From Macrostomum hystrix (Eukaryota; Animalia; Platyhelminthes), in assembly GCA_950097015.1 (NCBI GenBank), contig CATNEN010000039.1, forward strand, positions 4,154,001 to 4,218,000: a stretch of 64,000 nt of DNA, written 5' to 3'. The position numbers and the translations under genes are program-made. The notes beneath the pieces were generated by a model that had not been told where the DNA came from, searched no databases, and saw only the letters and a list, made by a program, of their open reading frames with translations. Positions 39,001 to 51,192 of this stretch are shown here, piece by piece (within the stretch, counting starts at the first letter, position 1; each line of letters opens with the position of its first letter).

Positions 39001-42000
39001 GCGTCAAACCACACGGTGCACATGATGTTGCGTGTCCATGCCGACTTCATTGGCTTTGTGTGCGGCTGACGGCCCCTGGGCCCCCACTGCATGGACTGCT
39101 GCTTAGTCAGTGGATTAAACATTGGCAGTGGTGTCTCATCCATGCTGATGAGAAGTCGTTTAAACTCCTGATCACCAAGTTGCTGCCACAACTGCAAGTT
39201 CTCCGTTGCACATTGAATTCGCTTTCTTTTGTGGTCCAGGGTCAACTCACGCGGCACCCACTTGGCACAGACTCTCGACCAGTTTATTTCCTTGAGGATG
39301 CGGCTCACAGAAGCAATGGAGATGCTACAGACCTCCTCAACTTCACGCAATGTGGCAGAAGGATTGGCGCAGAGGTAATCACGGACAATCTGTTTGCTGT
39401 TGTCATCCGTTGACGTGCGGGGGCGACCTGACCTCGGCGCGTCACCACATCCTGTAGCACCCTCGCGGAACGCCTTGCAGTGAACATAAACCCGCGCTTG
39501 CGATAGTGCCTGATCTCCAAATGCCTGGTTCAGGTCCCGAGCGATATCGCATGGCTTCTTTCTAAGTTGAACCAGACCAGCGATAAAATGCCGTTGTCCT
39601 TCCTTCGATCCAATTTCTGAATGATCTTTCGGTCGTTCCATAGTCTCACTTGAAAGCACTTTTCAGTCAAGTCTCTCAGTCAAGCATTTGCAATTTTGAG
39701 CAGCCCTATGCAGCTTAAAAAACAAAAATTCCTAGGCAACTTTGCCCATAAACAGCAGACACCGGAGACAGTATCAGAAGCAGCTGAGTGCATCAGCAGC
39801 ATCATTAGCAGTTTTCAAGTTCTAAGCAAGTTCTCAGGTATATAGACCACAGACAAAAATCGTAATTTTTAATCTCGAGGTCTGGACTTCAATGTGAGAT
39901 TTCACTAGTGCATGTAGACCGATAGAGTTGCAACTGAAGCTGTGTGCTGTCCATATTTGCAAAATTACAGGGTAAAAATTTCAAGTTAAAAAGTTTATCC
40001 ATTAAAAAGTTATGACTAAATTCTCGTTACTTTTGAAACACCCCTCGTAGGTAATCAAAAAGTTGATCCCATAGTAATTTTACTACCCACAAGGCATATA
40101 AGTCAACTTACTTGATTGGCGCAAAGAGATCCAGGTAGCCCAACAAGTCGCACACAAAATCAAATCCGAACATTATGTACGGCTGTGGGTCCTTATCTCT
40201 GACTCGTGGTTTCTCGGCTCGAAATGCGGCATGCAGATCGCCGTAGCAGCGAAAGATGGTCTGCCATTGGTTCATGGCTGAACTGGTAAAGCGCTGCGAG
40301 GCAAATGATGAAATTGCTCCGGCATGGTCCTCGGAAGCAATCTGTTTTTTTTACAAACAAAGAATTTGGAGTAGTTTTATAGCAAACGTATATCTAAAAC
40401 CCTCGGTAAACTATTCAGTTAGACATTCAGGTTGCATACTTACTTCCAAAGCCGAACAGCCACGCCCGTGGCCGAAAAGATGCGGAAACAGGTTTGCCCT
40501 GTCAATAAAATCCTGCAACGCCTCTCCGTCGTCACTATCGCGCACGTCAGTCACGGCCAGGTTTATAAAGTGGGCCGGGTCCCAGTTAATTGGGATCTCA
40601 TAGTCGGCTCCGGCCTCCTTCAGCTTCTCAAATATTGCCGTTTTAAAAGGCGCAGTTTGATATTGCCCGTCGGCAATGACGCCCACAAGACGATCAATGG
40701 GCAAATCAAAGTTCGCCAGACCTTGAAAAAGCCGCTGCACCAGAACGGGGCCGCTGCCGTCCATCTCTTTGGAATAAACGGCCGGGGCACCACCTGGGAT
40801 AGCAACGGCGTCACCAGTCTCGCACCTGTTAGGGGTTATCCGTTTTAAGGAGGTAGTAAAAGTAATATTTGAGTGGCGGATACTCCTAATGTACATTACT
40901 TTTCCTTCTTCCTCCCTACTTACCTGGCCAACACCATAACAGCTTGGTTAGGGATGCGACCTGGTGTGCTTTTGTCGCAAGCAATGGCGTAGCAGGGAGG
41001 ACATCCGGTGGACGGCAGTGGGGTCTGCAGGAACTCAGCCGTATACTTGTCAGCGGTGACCTCAAACAACGACCACAACTCCTTGTTAAACTCCCTAGTT
41101 GGATGCATAGTGGGTGGTAAATTACAAATAGCGTACAAAATAACCATAGCTTAGCTAATGGCATACAGATACAAACCACATAATATGGTACATACCAGCC
41201 GTGGCCCCGCTGGCCAACTTCAGCGTCCGACCGATAAAGCATGCTCACGAACGTCTCATAGTGCTTACTAGCTGACGCTGATTCGATATTGGCAACAGAG
41301 CAACGCAAAAGGCGCCGAACAGTTCCTGAGACGCGCTTCTCTTCAATCTTGCGGTCCGCATACTTCTTCATAGCTTTCACATGGCCGACAGCCTCGATAC
41401 CAGAGAGATGTTTCACTATCTTATAACAAAGCCGGGAGAATGCCTCGCCACACGCAAGGATCTCAGTCATTTCCAGCTTTGTAATGAGCTGCCCTCGTGC
41501 AAGCGTGCCCATTGACTTGGGGTTTCTATAAGAAGTTAAAGAAATGAAAGTTTATAATAAATAAATGGAAAAGGCCAACTGGATTGTCTTATTGCCTGTT
41601 AGATAAAAGTACATACAATGGACTTACAAAGTGCTGTGCCTCTCCGCAACAGTCAACTTTGGCGAGAAGGCCGTGCCTTCCATTAAAACGTTGTAGCACG
41701 GGACACAGTATAAAATTGTGTCCTCACCACAAGGTGCTGTGGCGAGCATCTCGTTCTCCAGGAGCTCGGCCATGTTGCTAGCCACAATCGGCGGCACTTT
41801 TGGTAAGTTTTGTCCCCGAGAGTTTGAGCTGGAGGTAGCCTGTGACAGCGCCAAGTCCCGAACAACATTTAGTATAATCGGAAGTAGGGCAAGTTGTCGG
41901 GCTGCCTCCGCCATTTTAATTTCCAGCCCAGTGACAATTGCCAAAAGATCCCGACCTGACGTGCTTGATGATGCTGTAGATGCAGCCTCAGCAGGACTGG

Positions 42001-45000
42001 GAAGGATAGGTGAAGCATCAGCAAGCTGCCTAACAAATGAGCTGGATCTTTGGTCAACGGCGGATGATTCCAGTACTTCAATGTTTACTACCAGATTTGT
42101 CTTTGGTCTCTCAGACTGCTGCTGCTCTGCCTCAGGCTCAGTGGTCATTGGAACTTCAGGACGTTCAGGTGACTCTTCATCACTGGCACTTTCAACCTCC
42201 AGCACCTCATGGCTGACCATGGCCTTTGTGATGCGTTTTTTTACCTGCTTCTCATTCTCATTGGCAGGCCTGGCAGCAATTAGGTCGCGAACATCAGCAT
42301 GGTCAGGTCTGCAATATGTTAAAATCTTATTGGCTGGGTCTTCTTTGTGCCAGCGACTCCGATGAGTTTTTCTGCTACTACCATTGTTTCGATAAATGCG
42401 GCAGTTGGACAGTGGAAGCCCTCGCTGAAGGCAATCCACACAGTAATGTGGGTCACACACAGTTCCGCGAGGCTTCTTAGTTGGTGGCTCTTCAGTTTGT
42501 GCAGATGAAGACGCTGCATGAGACGAACTCAGTGGACGCTTTGATTTTGCTTGTACTTGCACATTAGCCTGTTGCTGTTGGCGTTGCCGCTGTGCCTGTT
42601 GCATGATTGGCATATGGGCCCAAGCACACTCAGCAGCCTTCGCCTTCTCTACTACTGCCTCTGGCTCTGCCTGGTCAGCCTGGTCCTGGATACTAGCTTG
42701 CGAAGCTGCAGCTAGTGGTGTCTCTGTCTCAGACTGATTTTCTTCAGAGCCAGAACTTGATGTGCTACTGCTACAATGAGTAACTTGAGTAACTTGAGTA
42801 ACATGAGTAACTTACTACTAGACAATTTGTTACTGACTTACTTTTGTTTCTAGTTACTCTGGCATATTTTGCTTAGGGGACTAGCTTTAGCAATGCCACA
42901 GAACATTTGTACTCTTCATTAACCTTCTGCCTTTCTTTTTGTCATAATTTTTCAACACAATCTCCCAGCTCACAAGCTAATGAAAATTTGTTTGCTATAG
43001 AACTACATTATCATTCTTTGCATATATTGTAGGGCCATCTTTCTTACTAAACTCTTAATTCTAATAATGTTGCCAAAGTTGTTGCAGGGTTATTTTACAA
43101 TAGTTAATATCTTACTGAATACTGAATATCACCAAAGTTGTCATAGTGCTTATACACTTTATTCAAACACTGTCTTTATATCAATCTTACAAATGTATTT
43201 AATTATGCACTTCTTTTTCAATTCAAGTTGGTAGCATTTATGTATTTAATCTGGTAGCATTATATGGCCAATATTTATCCTCTCTATTTACTTTTACTTA
43301 TAACCTTGCTGTATTATTTCTGCAAGTACTCTTTATTGGTCTTTATCTATATTTTATTAGTCTTTATCAGTCTTTATCCATTTTTATCACTCTTCAATTA
43401 CTCTTCAATTGATCTTCAATTCAATCTTCAGTCCATCTTGGGCTTTTACCAGTGGATCTAGATTTACAGCTCTCCTTTACTCTGTTTACTTTTCTTTCGC
43501 AATGTCTCTTTCAAATAACTTCAACACAAACACTTCAAGATTCAAGCTTTCTTTATTCTGAACTCCGTCTCAAATGAGGGTTAATTTCTTCTCTCTTTCG
43601 CTTGTGTGTATTTATACTAAAACTTCTTCTCCTCACCCCGCGACTTCATTAAAACCTTTTATTTTCAGTGCGATTAAACAAAGTGGTGCATTCAAACAAA
43701 TTTTACATAAAGTTAAACAAAAATCTAAATGTTTGCAGGAAATGGTTTCTAGTAATTGTACAAATGGGGCCTTATTTTGCCTTATACTAAGCTAATAGGT
43801 TATACTAGGCACATGCATGCCCAACACCCCCTTCCAACCCATCTAAACTGGACAGGTGAAATTTGGAGGTTGGGCATATACAACTAGGCTTATATAAGCA
43901 ACTTAGTGTTGGGTGTGTTACTTGTTACTAGTTACCAATTGGGTAACAATTGTTACTTTTTCCCATTACTCTGGGCTGGTAACAGAAATGATGGTAATGA
44001 GTTGTTACCAACAGAGTGGATTTCCAGTTACCAGTTTTAGAAAAAAATATAATAAGAAATTAGCAGCACTGTTTTCTTTTGCTTGCATTGTACTTGGGTA
44101 ATTAGTTATAACAATGATTTCCTACTATGGAAATCATGTGAAAAACAATTCAATAATGTTTGTGGAAAATTGTGTGAGATTAGTTAAACAATTTTTTTTC
44201 ATTATGTTATAGACTGGGCAAATTCTGATGCATGCTATGTTCCAATGCTAATGCCAGTTCACTGAACCAGAAGACCTTTAATACTTAACAAAAATTATTA
44301 GTATACACAACATGATGATGCATTTAGTCATGAGAAATTTATTTGAGTAAGTATTTGAGAAATATCTATATTAGAAAATAATTTTTTTGTCTGAAAATGA
44401 ATTTTAAGTCTTTTAAGCTTAAAATTTTAAAATATTTTTGCATCTTATCCATAGCTATAATTTGAGAATATATTGCCATTATTGACTCTTAATGATGTGC
44501 ATCTAATATAATTTTAGTCTACTTCTGAGATTTGTTGATGACACCTTCGATGTTGAGCAACCAGCCACCATTGGTTAGTGATGGTTTTTAAATGTGCTTA
44601 TCGAGCTTAGTGGCAAAGTAATTTTGTATGTCTCAAGCTTTGTTTTTTTATTTGTAGGTGTCGACTTCAAAGTGAAGAGTCTGACAGTTGATGGCAATCG
44701 AGCCAAGCTGGCTATTTGGGTAATATCATTTCACCTACAGTTCGAAAATAATTGCAGGCATTTAAGTGCAGTTGCCAAATTGAATTCAGGACACAGCTGG
44801 CCAGGAGCGGTTTCGCACCTTGACGCCAGGCTACTATCGCAATGCCCAGGGTGTCATTCTAGTCTATGACGTCACGAAGAAGGACACATTCAGCCGGTTG
44901 GAGAACTGGCTAAGCGAGCTCGCTACATTCGCTAATCGTGGCAACCTCGTCAAAATGTTGGTTGGCAACAAAATTGACAGCGTGAGTTTTTCATATAATG

Positions 45001-46233
45001 TATGTTTCTCGCACTTTGCAACAGTGATATTCATTCAGCAATTCCTCAGGTTCTCTGAACCCAATTCCTCAGGTTCTCTGAACTCAATTCCTCAGGTTCT
45101 CTGAACTCAATTCCTCAGGTTCTCTGAACCCAATTCCTCAGGTTCTCTGAACTCAATTCCTCAGGTTCTCTGAACCCAATTCCTCAGGTTCTCTGAACCC
45201 AATTCCTCAGGTTCTCTGAAGCCAATTCCTCAGGTTCTCTGAAGCCAATTCCTCAGGTTCTCTGAACCCAATTCCTCAGGTTCTCTGAACCCAATTCCTC
45301 AGGTTCTCTGAACCCAATTCCTCAGGTTCTCTGAACCCAATTCCTCAGGTTCTCTGAACCCAATTCCTCAGGTTCTCTGAACTCAATTCCTCAGGTTCTC
45401 TGAAGCCAATTCCTCAGGTTCTCTGAAGCCAATTCCTCAGGTTCTCTGAAGCCAATTCCTCAGGTTCTCTGAAGCCAATTCCTCAGGTTCTCTGAAGCCA
45501 ATTCCTCAGGTTCTCTAAACTCAATTTCTCAGGTTCTCTGAACTCAATTCCTCAGGTTCTCTGAACTCAGTTCCTCAGGTTCTCTAAACTCAGTTCCTCA
45601 GGTTCTTTGAAGCCAATTCCTCAGGTTCTCTAAACCCAATTCCTCAGGTTCTCTAAACTCAATTCCTCAGGTTCTCTGAACTCAGTTCCTCAGGTTCTCT
45701 AAACTCAGTTCCTCAGGTTCTTTGAAGCCAATTCCTCAGGTTCTCTAAACCCAATTCCTCAGGTTCTCTAAACTCAATTCCTCAGGTTCTCTGAACTCAA
45801 TTCCTCAGGTTCTCTGAACCCAATACTCATGGTCGCTTAAAACAATTCCGGAGATACGCTGCACCCTTAGGCATTAGGGACTCTGAACCCTAAATGTTAA
45901 GGTAATTCAGGGTTGTCCAGTTACTACTTTATGATCAGCTTATCTTGAGTTGAATCGCAGCAAACTGAGTCTCTTTTGTTTGTGCAGGCAAAACGCGAGG
46001 TCAGCCGCGACGAGGGCCTCCGATTCGCCCGCAAGCATCACATGCTATTTATTGAGGCCAGTGCCAAAACTAATGAGGGCGTCAAGACGGCCTTCGAGGA
46101 GCTGGTTGAAAAGATTCTACAGACTCCAGGACTCTGGGAGGCGGCCAGTGCCAGTGGCAGCTCCGGAGTAGCACTGAATAGCTCGGGCGGCAGCGGCGGC
46201 AGTGGAGGCGGATCTTCCAGCTGTGCATGCTGA
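36012..46233 (+). CDS. RAB18: Ras-related protein Rab18
   Basis: Exons 36012-36082, 44518-44573, 44658-44719, 44790-44981 and 45988-46233 give [22 protein letters not shown]...TIGVDFKVK...[26 protein letters not shown]...VGNKID...FIEASAKT and a C-terminal CAC prenylation motif. Intron 1 is 8.4 kb. Confidence 0.95.
36749..42770 (-). CDS. Intron-rich divergent hAT-like DDE transposase (>1,100 aa) nested antisense in Rab18 intron 1
   Basis: Nine exons splice in frame at canonical GT/AG sites: 42770-41628, 41525-41196, 41094-40924, 40825-40444, 40341-40112, 38261-38000, 37900-37641, 37492-37194, 37083-36749 (about 3.4 kb). Two CxxC...H...H zinc-finger-like motifs; candidate catalytic CDKST (D1) and IADGQY (D2); [11 protein letters not shown] (CxxH-equivalent); SQRF (TRW-equivalent); [10 protein letters not shown] (E, dimerisation-like region). 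The start codon and element termini were not identified. Confidence 0.75.
38293..40047 (-). mobile_element. Mariner (DD34D) transposon with ~200-bp terminal inverted repeats and TA target duplication
   Basis: TA|CGAGGGGTGTTTCAAAAGTAACGAGAAT... at 38293 mirrors ...TTCTCGTTACTTTTGAAACACCCCTCG|TA at 40047. The inverted match extends over about 38293-38493 versus 39847-40047 with few mismatches. Confidence 0.95.
38526..39641 (-). CDS. Mariner transposase, intact
   Basis: ATG at 39641; HTH region, WVPREL, MDET, WDNARPH and [13 protein letters not shown], with 34 residues between D2 and D3. Confidence 0.95.
   Translation of the reverse strand: MERPKDHSEIGSKEGQRHFIAGLVQLRKKPCDIARDLNQAFGDQALSQARVYVHCKAFREGATGCGDAPRSGRPRTSTDDNSKQIVRDYLCANPSATLREVEEVCSISIASVSRILKEINWSRVCAKWVPRELTLDHKRKRIQCATENLQLWQQLGDQEFKRLLISMDETPLPMFNPLTKQQSMQWGPRGRQPHTKPMKSAWTRNIMCTVWFDACGVLMVDYLPDKATINAAYVQDQVARLREVILQKRRIMRARPFILWDNARPHVAAATTRKVEELGFRLLNHPPYSPDLAIADFHLFGVMKKPMRGRVFTSRQEVIAAANESLHALPASFWGEGIDKLLHRYEKCIQLDGSFVERAEIAEEMDEGADF
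45038..45823. repeat. Minisatellite, 23-bp unit CAATTCCTCAGGTTCTCTGAACC
   Basis: Rab18 intron 4. Confidence 0.97.
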
Positions 46234-47050
46234 TGGCCAATGCTAAAGAAGGCCAATGATTTTCGAAGAAAATGCTAATTCTTTCCCAGCAGGGTAAACA
46301 GCGGGAGCAACTAAGTAGCTGTATTTAAAGCTAAATGCTTCGAAATCTAATTAGTATTATTGTGCAATTTACTCACTGTAGCTAGGGTTCTGTAGCCTCG
46401 TCAATTGCAATCAGATTTCGTTTAGGGTGAGATTGCGGTATTGACAAAACGTTTTTGTCAAAGTTAAAATCTTATTTATATCTTCAATCCGACTTAAATG
46501 AAGTCTATTATTTAACGCTTAACACATACAGTTTCCGCTTTTAAAACTAACTGTTTTCATAATTCTGGTGTAAGAAGACTTGCAGTAGTTACTTGTACTA
46601 CATATTCAGCAGTAGACATAGTCGCGTGCCAACGGACAATTTAACTTGTTTATTGATGTTCCTTTTGAGATCTTACGATTTGGTTTTGGAGTATTGTAAC
46701 ATAATTTATTAACTATCCATTTGTGTATTTTGCTCTCTTTTGGTTATAGGACTTGTCTGTGGAGAAGTAGATTTCAAAACTTGAAAAACAATAACGTGCA
46801 ACTTATATATATAAATCTTTATTTTGTTTTTAGATTGGAAAATTAACTATCTAGTCTTTGTGCTTATCTGCATTCCGTAAATGTTATTGCATTAGTTGAT
46901 TCCAGCTTGTTTTCTGGTTGGACTAAAAATCTGAATTAATTAATTTGCGCCATTTTCTAATGATTGTCTTTGCTACTCCTGTCACGCATTTGCCATTGTT
47001 TTTTTCAGTCTTTTTAGACAGCCTTCATTATAGACTAGACTTTCACTCAC

Positions 47051-47429
47051 CCAGATCCTCAGATCAAGCAGCCAGTCTCCCAGATCCTCAGATCAAGCAG
47101 CCAGTCTCCCAGACCCTCAGATCAAGCAGCCAGTCTCCCAGATCCTCAGATCAAGCAGCCAGTCTCCCAGATCCTCAGATCAAGCAGCCAGTCTCCCAGA
47201 TCCTCAGATCAAGCAGCCAGTCTCCCAGATCCTCAGATCAATCAGCCAGTCTCCCAGATCCTCAGATCAAGCAGCCAGTCTCCCAGATCCTCAGATCAAG
47301 CAGCCAGTCTCCCAGATCCTCAGATCAATCAGCCAGTCTCCCAGATCCTCAGATCAAGCAGCCACTCTCCCAGATCCTCAGATCAAGCAGCCACTCTCCC
47401 AGATCCTCAGGCTGAGCAGCCACATTCCC
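47051..47429 (+). repeat. Minisatellite, 29-bp unit CCAGATCCTCAGATCAAGCAGCCAGTCTC
   Basis: About 12.5 copies just upstream of the acceptor at 47468. Confidence 0.95.
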
Positions 47430-47472
47430 AGTTCTACCTTTACACATCGCGACTCGCTCCCTTTGCAGACAC

Positions 47473-49988
47473 ATGTCCGAACCTTCCGGCTCCTCGGACT
47501 CTGCCGCCGCCACTGGTGCCGCTTCCGACGAGTTGTCGCAGCACCAGGAGGCGATGCGAATACTTCTGAGCCGGCTGCACAAACAGCTGGTGCGACGCGA
47601 TGTGAACGACATCTTTGCCAAGCCGGTGACAGACGACATTGCGCCGCGCTACTCCGAGATCATCACCAATCCGATGGATTTGAGCACTATGCGTGCCAAA
47701 ATCGACGCCAATCAGTACGGCAATGTGGCCGACTTTCGCGGCGATTTTCGTCTGATGTGCCAAAATGCCATGACTTACAACACCCCGGATACAATCTTCT
47801 ATGCCGAAGCTGACAAGCTTATGACTGAAGGCGATAGGCTGATGGCTTTCGACAAGCTCAGTCAGCTAAGGAAGCAGTGCGGACTGTCACACCGGCTTGT
47901 GGATGAAGATCTGCAGGTGATTACTATCTTCATCTTTTAACTAGCTATACTTGTTTCTGTGAAGTGCCGTTTAAAACATTAAACACGCTGCTTTGATACC
48001 TCCACGGACAGATGTAGGACACCTCCACGGACAGATATGGGATACCTCCACGGACAGATGTAGGACACCTCCACGGACAGATGTAGGACACCTCCACAGA
48101 CAGATGTAGGACACCTCCACAGACAGATGTGGGACACCTCCACAGACAGATGTGGGACACCTCCACAGACAGATGTGGGACACCTCCACAGACGGATGTA
48201 GGACACCTCCAGAGACATGTTGGACACCTCCACAGACAGATGAAGGACACCTCCACAGACAGATGTAGGACACCTCCAGAGACATGTTGGACACCTCCAC
48301 AGACAGATGTGGGACACCTCCACAGACAGATGTGGGACACCTCCACAGACGGATGTAGGACACCTCCACAGAGAGATGTAGGACACCTCCAGAGACATGT
48401 AGGACACCTCCACAGACAGATGTAGGACACGAACTGGTTATCTTCTAAACGTTTGTTTTACATGTTATCTTGTTCATTGTTTCGCTAGGCAACCCTCATC
48501 CCTCATCATTCGCTAGGCAACTGGCGGTCGGGCGCGAAGGCACCCGCAGCATCAGCAGCTGCTGTCCAAGGCTTCGCCGAAATCGTCTCCCCGCTCAGCC
48601 GGTTCAGGTCCTAATCGCAATCATCGTCGACCCGCCTCGGCGGTCACTCCGCCGTTGTCGTTAACTTCTGGCGCTGCTGCCGCCTCTACGTCGGTAGCAT
48701 CATCGGCGGCTGCTTTGGATGCCGCCTCCTCGGCTGGTGGCGCCTCGCGTCCAGCTTCGGCATCCGTGCCGGATGACATCTTCGACAGCGTTGTCGGCGG
48801 CGAAGCTAGCAACAGCGACGCTTCGCATTGCAGCGGCGGCGCCGTTGGCAGCCTGGCAGAATCTGGCGGCATCGGCGGCGATCCTGACGGCGAAGGCTCC
48901 GGCAACTCCTCCAGCAACATGGTGGTGCTGGTGGAGGAAGAAGGCTCCGAGGCGGGCCAGATGGAGATTGAAGAGCTCTTGGCAGATGAGGGCGAAGATT
49001 CGGCCGATGATCGACCCGGCGCGCCGGCTTCCTACACGGATCCAACGCCCATTGGCGAGCTGACGGCCCTGGCTGAGGCTGCCGCCGCCGAGGCCCGATC
49101 TCGCCTGCTGTCTGCTGGGCCGCCCCTGATTGGTCGCCTGGAAGAGCCCGGCTTAGTCTTTGTTCCAGTTGACGACTACGAAGACTACGATAGTTCAACC
49201 GGGGCCGATGTCAAACGAATTTGCCGACGTCAGGTGGTGTATCCAACGGATGTCTCAAAACTGCTGGGCTTGCAGGTAGGGCGAATTGCTTTTGGCTGGT
49301 TTTGTGACGATTTGCTGACTTTTTCAGTCGCATCTTTGCCAACCGCCTCCCTCAACAGGAGTCTGAGCAGGCCGCGCTCGACCAGCTATCCACCGGCCTG
49401 GTTCCCGCTGCCGGCGGCCCCCTATTGGCTGCCCAGTCCAACACTGACCGTGTCGACTCTCTCCTAGCCGACCAATCGTCCGCCACCGCCGAGTTGTTTG
49501 GCGAAGTCTACGGCGATCGTTTAGCCCTGGAGTATGTGCTGAGTGTGCAGACTTACATCGCAGGCTGCAGTGCTGCCCAGCGTCGCCTAGTGAACAAGTA
49601 CTTCAACCTGGTCACGGAGGGCGATCACAAGCGCTGCGAGCCGTTCTGGCGCCAATTCCAGCGTCGTCAACGCGCCAAACGTAGGCAACGTCGACTGCAC
49701 GACGAAGTTGATAACGTTGACGAGGAGGAAGACGACAGCGATGAAAGTGACGGTGAAGAGGGCGACGCGGAAGAGAAGAAAGGCGAATCTGATGATGCCA
49801 AGGGCGAAACTCAAGCTGCCGCCGAGGCCAGTATTAAAGGCGAGGGCATCACGCAGCCAGGCACTGGTACAGAAGTGATCACTAAGTTGGAGACAAAAGT
49901 AGAACCGGATTCGAATGCTGCTGTTACTGATGCTGTTGTGTCAGTGGTTTCCGACAATACCAACGTTGCTGCTAGTGAAATGGAATGA
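47473..49988 (+). CDS. BRD7/9: Bromodomain-containing protein BRD7/BRD9 family
   Basis: Exons 47473-47916, 48517-49275 and 49359-49988 are in frame. BRD7/9-type bromodomain (IFAKPVTDDIAPRYSEIITNPMDLSTM...LMCQNAMTYNTPDTIFY) and a DUF3512-like segment (LFGEVYGDRLALEYVLSVQTY). The N-terminus is short. Confidence 0.85.
47995..48430. repeat. Minisatellite, 23-bp unit GGACACCTCCACAGACAGATGTA
   Basis: BRD7/9 intron 1. Confidence 0.95.
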
Positions 49989-50727
49989 GTTATCTAGTCT
50001 TGGATTTTCTAATTGCATTATTCAAATATTCTGCAAATGAATTTGTTAACAATGAAGCGGATATTCAGGAGAATTTACCATAGAGTGTAACTTTTGTCGT
50101 TCGCAGTGTCAAAATTGAATCAGAGTTTTAGACAACTTGAGGAGTGAGGATTTGGCTCACGCATGGGCTGAATCTGACCTTTTCAAAATTGAAGTTGACT
50201 GTGTCAAAATTGAATGTAGCTTTGACGTGCCTTGCCGTTAACTGTCGAATTTGAATCGGAGTTTGTCACTATTGAAGTTTTCGTTGTTCAAAATTGAGGG
50301 TAAAATGGTGTAATTGGTATTTTAAAAGCATAATTAAACGCTTTTGTATGTAATTGAATAAATTAAATTAAGCTTTTACTAGTAGCAAACTTTTATAAAA
50401 AGCATTTATCAAATCAAAGGTTATCTAAACGTGCTCCTTAGTTTGTTGTCACATTGCACTTTAAAATTTATGTAACGTGTATATTTGAAAGTGTTGATTC
50501 ACAAAATAGGTGAATTTCAATGCAACGTTTCTTAGAAATACCTGTTATCCATTCGCTAGCTTCATGCCATTGCTTGCATCTCTTGTGACCTTGACTTTTC
50601 TTGTGTACAAAAATACATACAATTTCATACTGAATTACATTCGTCTATCCCGCCATTGGACCTTGTCACTATGAATGCCACCTTCGCTTTCATTCTATAG
50701 CTATAGCTATAGCTAAAGTCGACATTC

Positions 50728-51093
50728 CACACCAGTGCCAATCAGCCATCCCACACCAGTACCCATCAGCCATCCCACACTAGTGCCCATCAGCCATCCC
50801 ACACCAGTGCCCATCAGCCATCCCACACCAGTGCCCATCAGCCATCCCACACCAGTGCCCATCAGCCATCCCACACCAGTGCCCATCAGCCATCCCACAC
50901 CAGTGCCCATCAGCCATCCCACACCAGTGCCCATCAGCCATCCCACACCAGTGCCCATCAGCCATCCCTCACCAGTGCCCATCAGCCATCCCACACCAGT
51001 GCCCATCAGGCATCCCACACCAGTGCCCATCAGCCATCCCTCACCAGTGCCCATCAGCCATCCCACACCAGTGCCCATCAGCCATCCCTCACC
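50728..51093. repeat. Minisatellite, 24-bp unit CACCAGTGCCCATCAGCCATCCCA
   Basis: Between BRD7/9 and MMADHC. Confidence 0.95.
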
Positions 51094-51192
51094 ATTCTGA
51101 AGCCCCCAATCAGCCAGTAAATTGTTCTAGGTCACCTACCAGGCTTATTCCCATTGTTTCAGAGACAAAGTCCAACCCCAACCAGTTCAGAA

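Noticed and set aside
38787-39413. Antisense ORFs over the mariner; likewise those over Ski, the hAT-like gene and Tc1
   Set aside because: Shadow ORFs of GC-rich coding sequence.
36490-43900. Candidate TIR pairs for the hAT-like element (CCCATGGTGCA vs TGTACAAATGGG; AAGGGTGTT vs AACACCCCCTT)
   Set aside because: Matches are too weak and there is no flanking target duplication.
50520-50674. Short ORF after an AG, considered as the MMADHC first exon
   Set aside because: No homology; the ATG at 51193 already gives the conserved MMADHC N-terminus.
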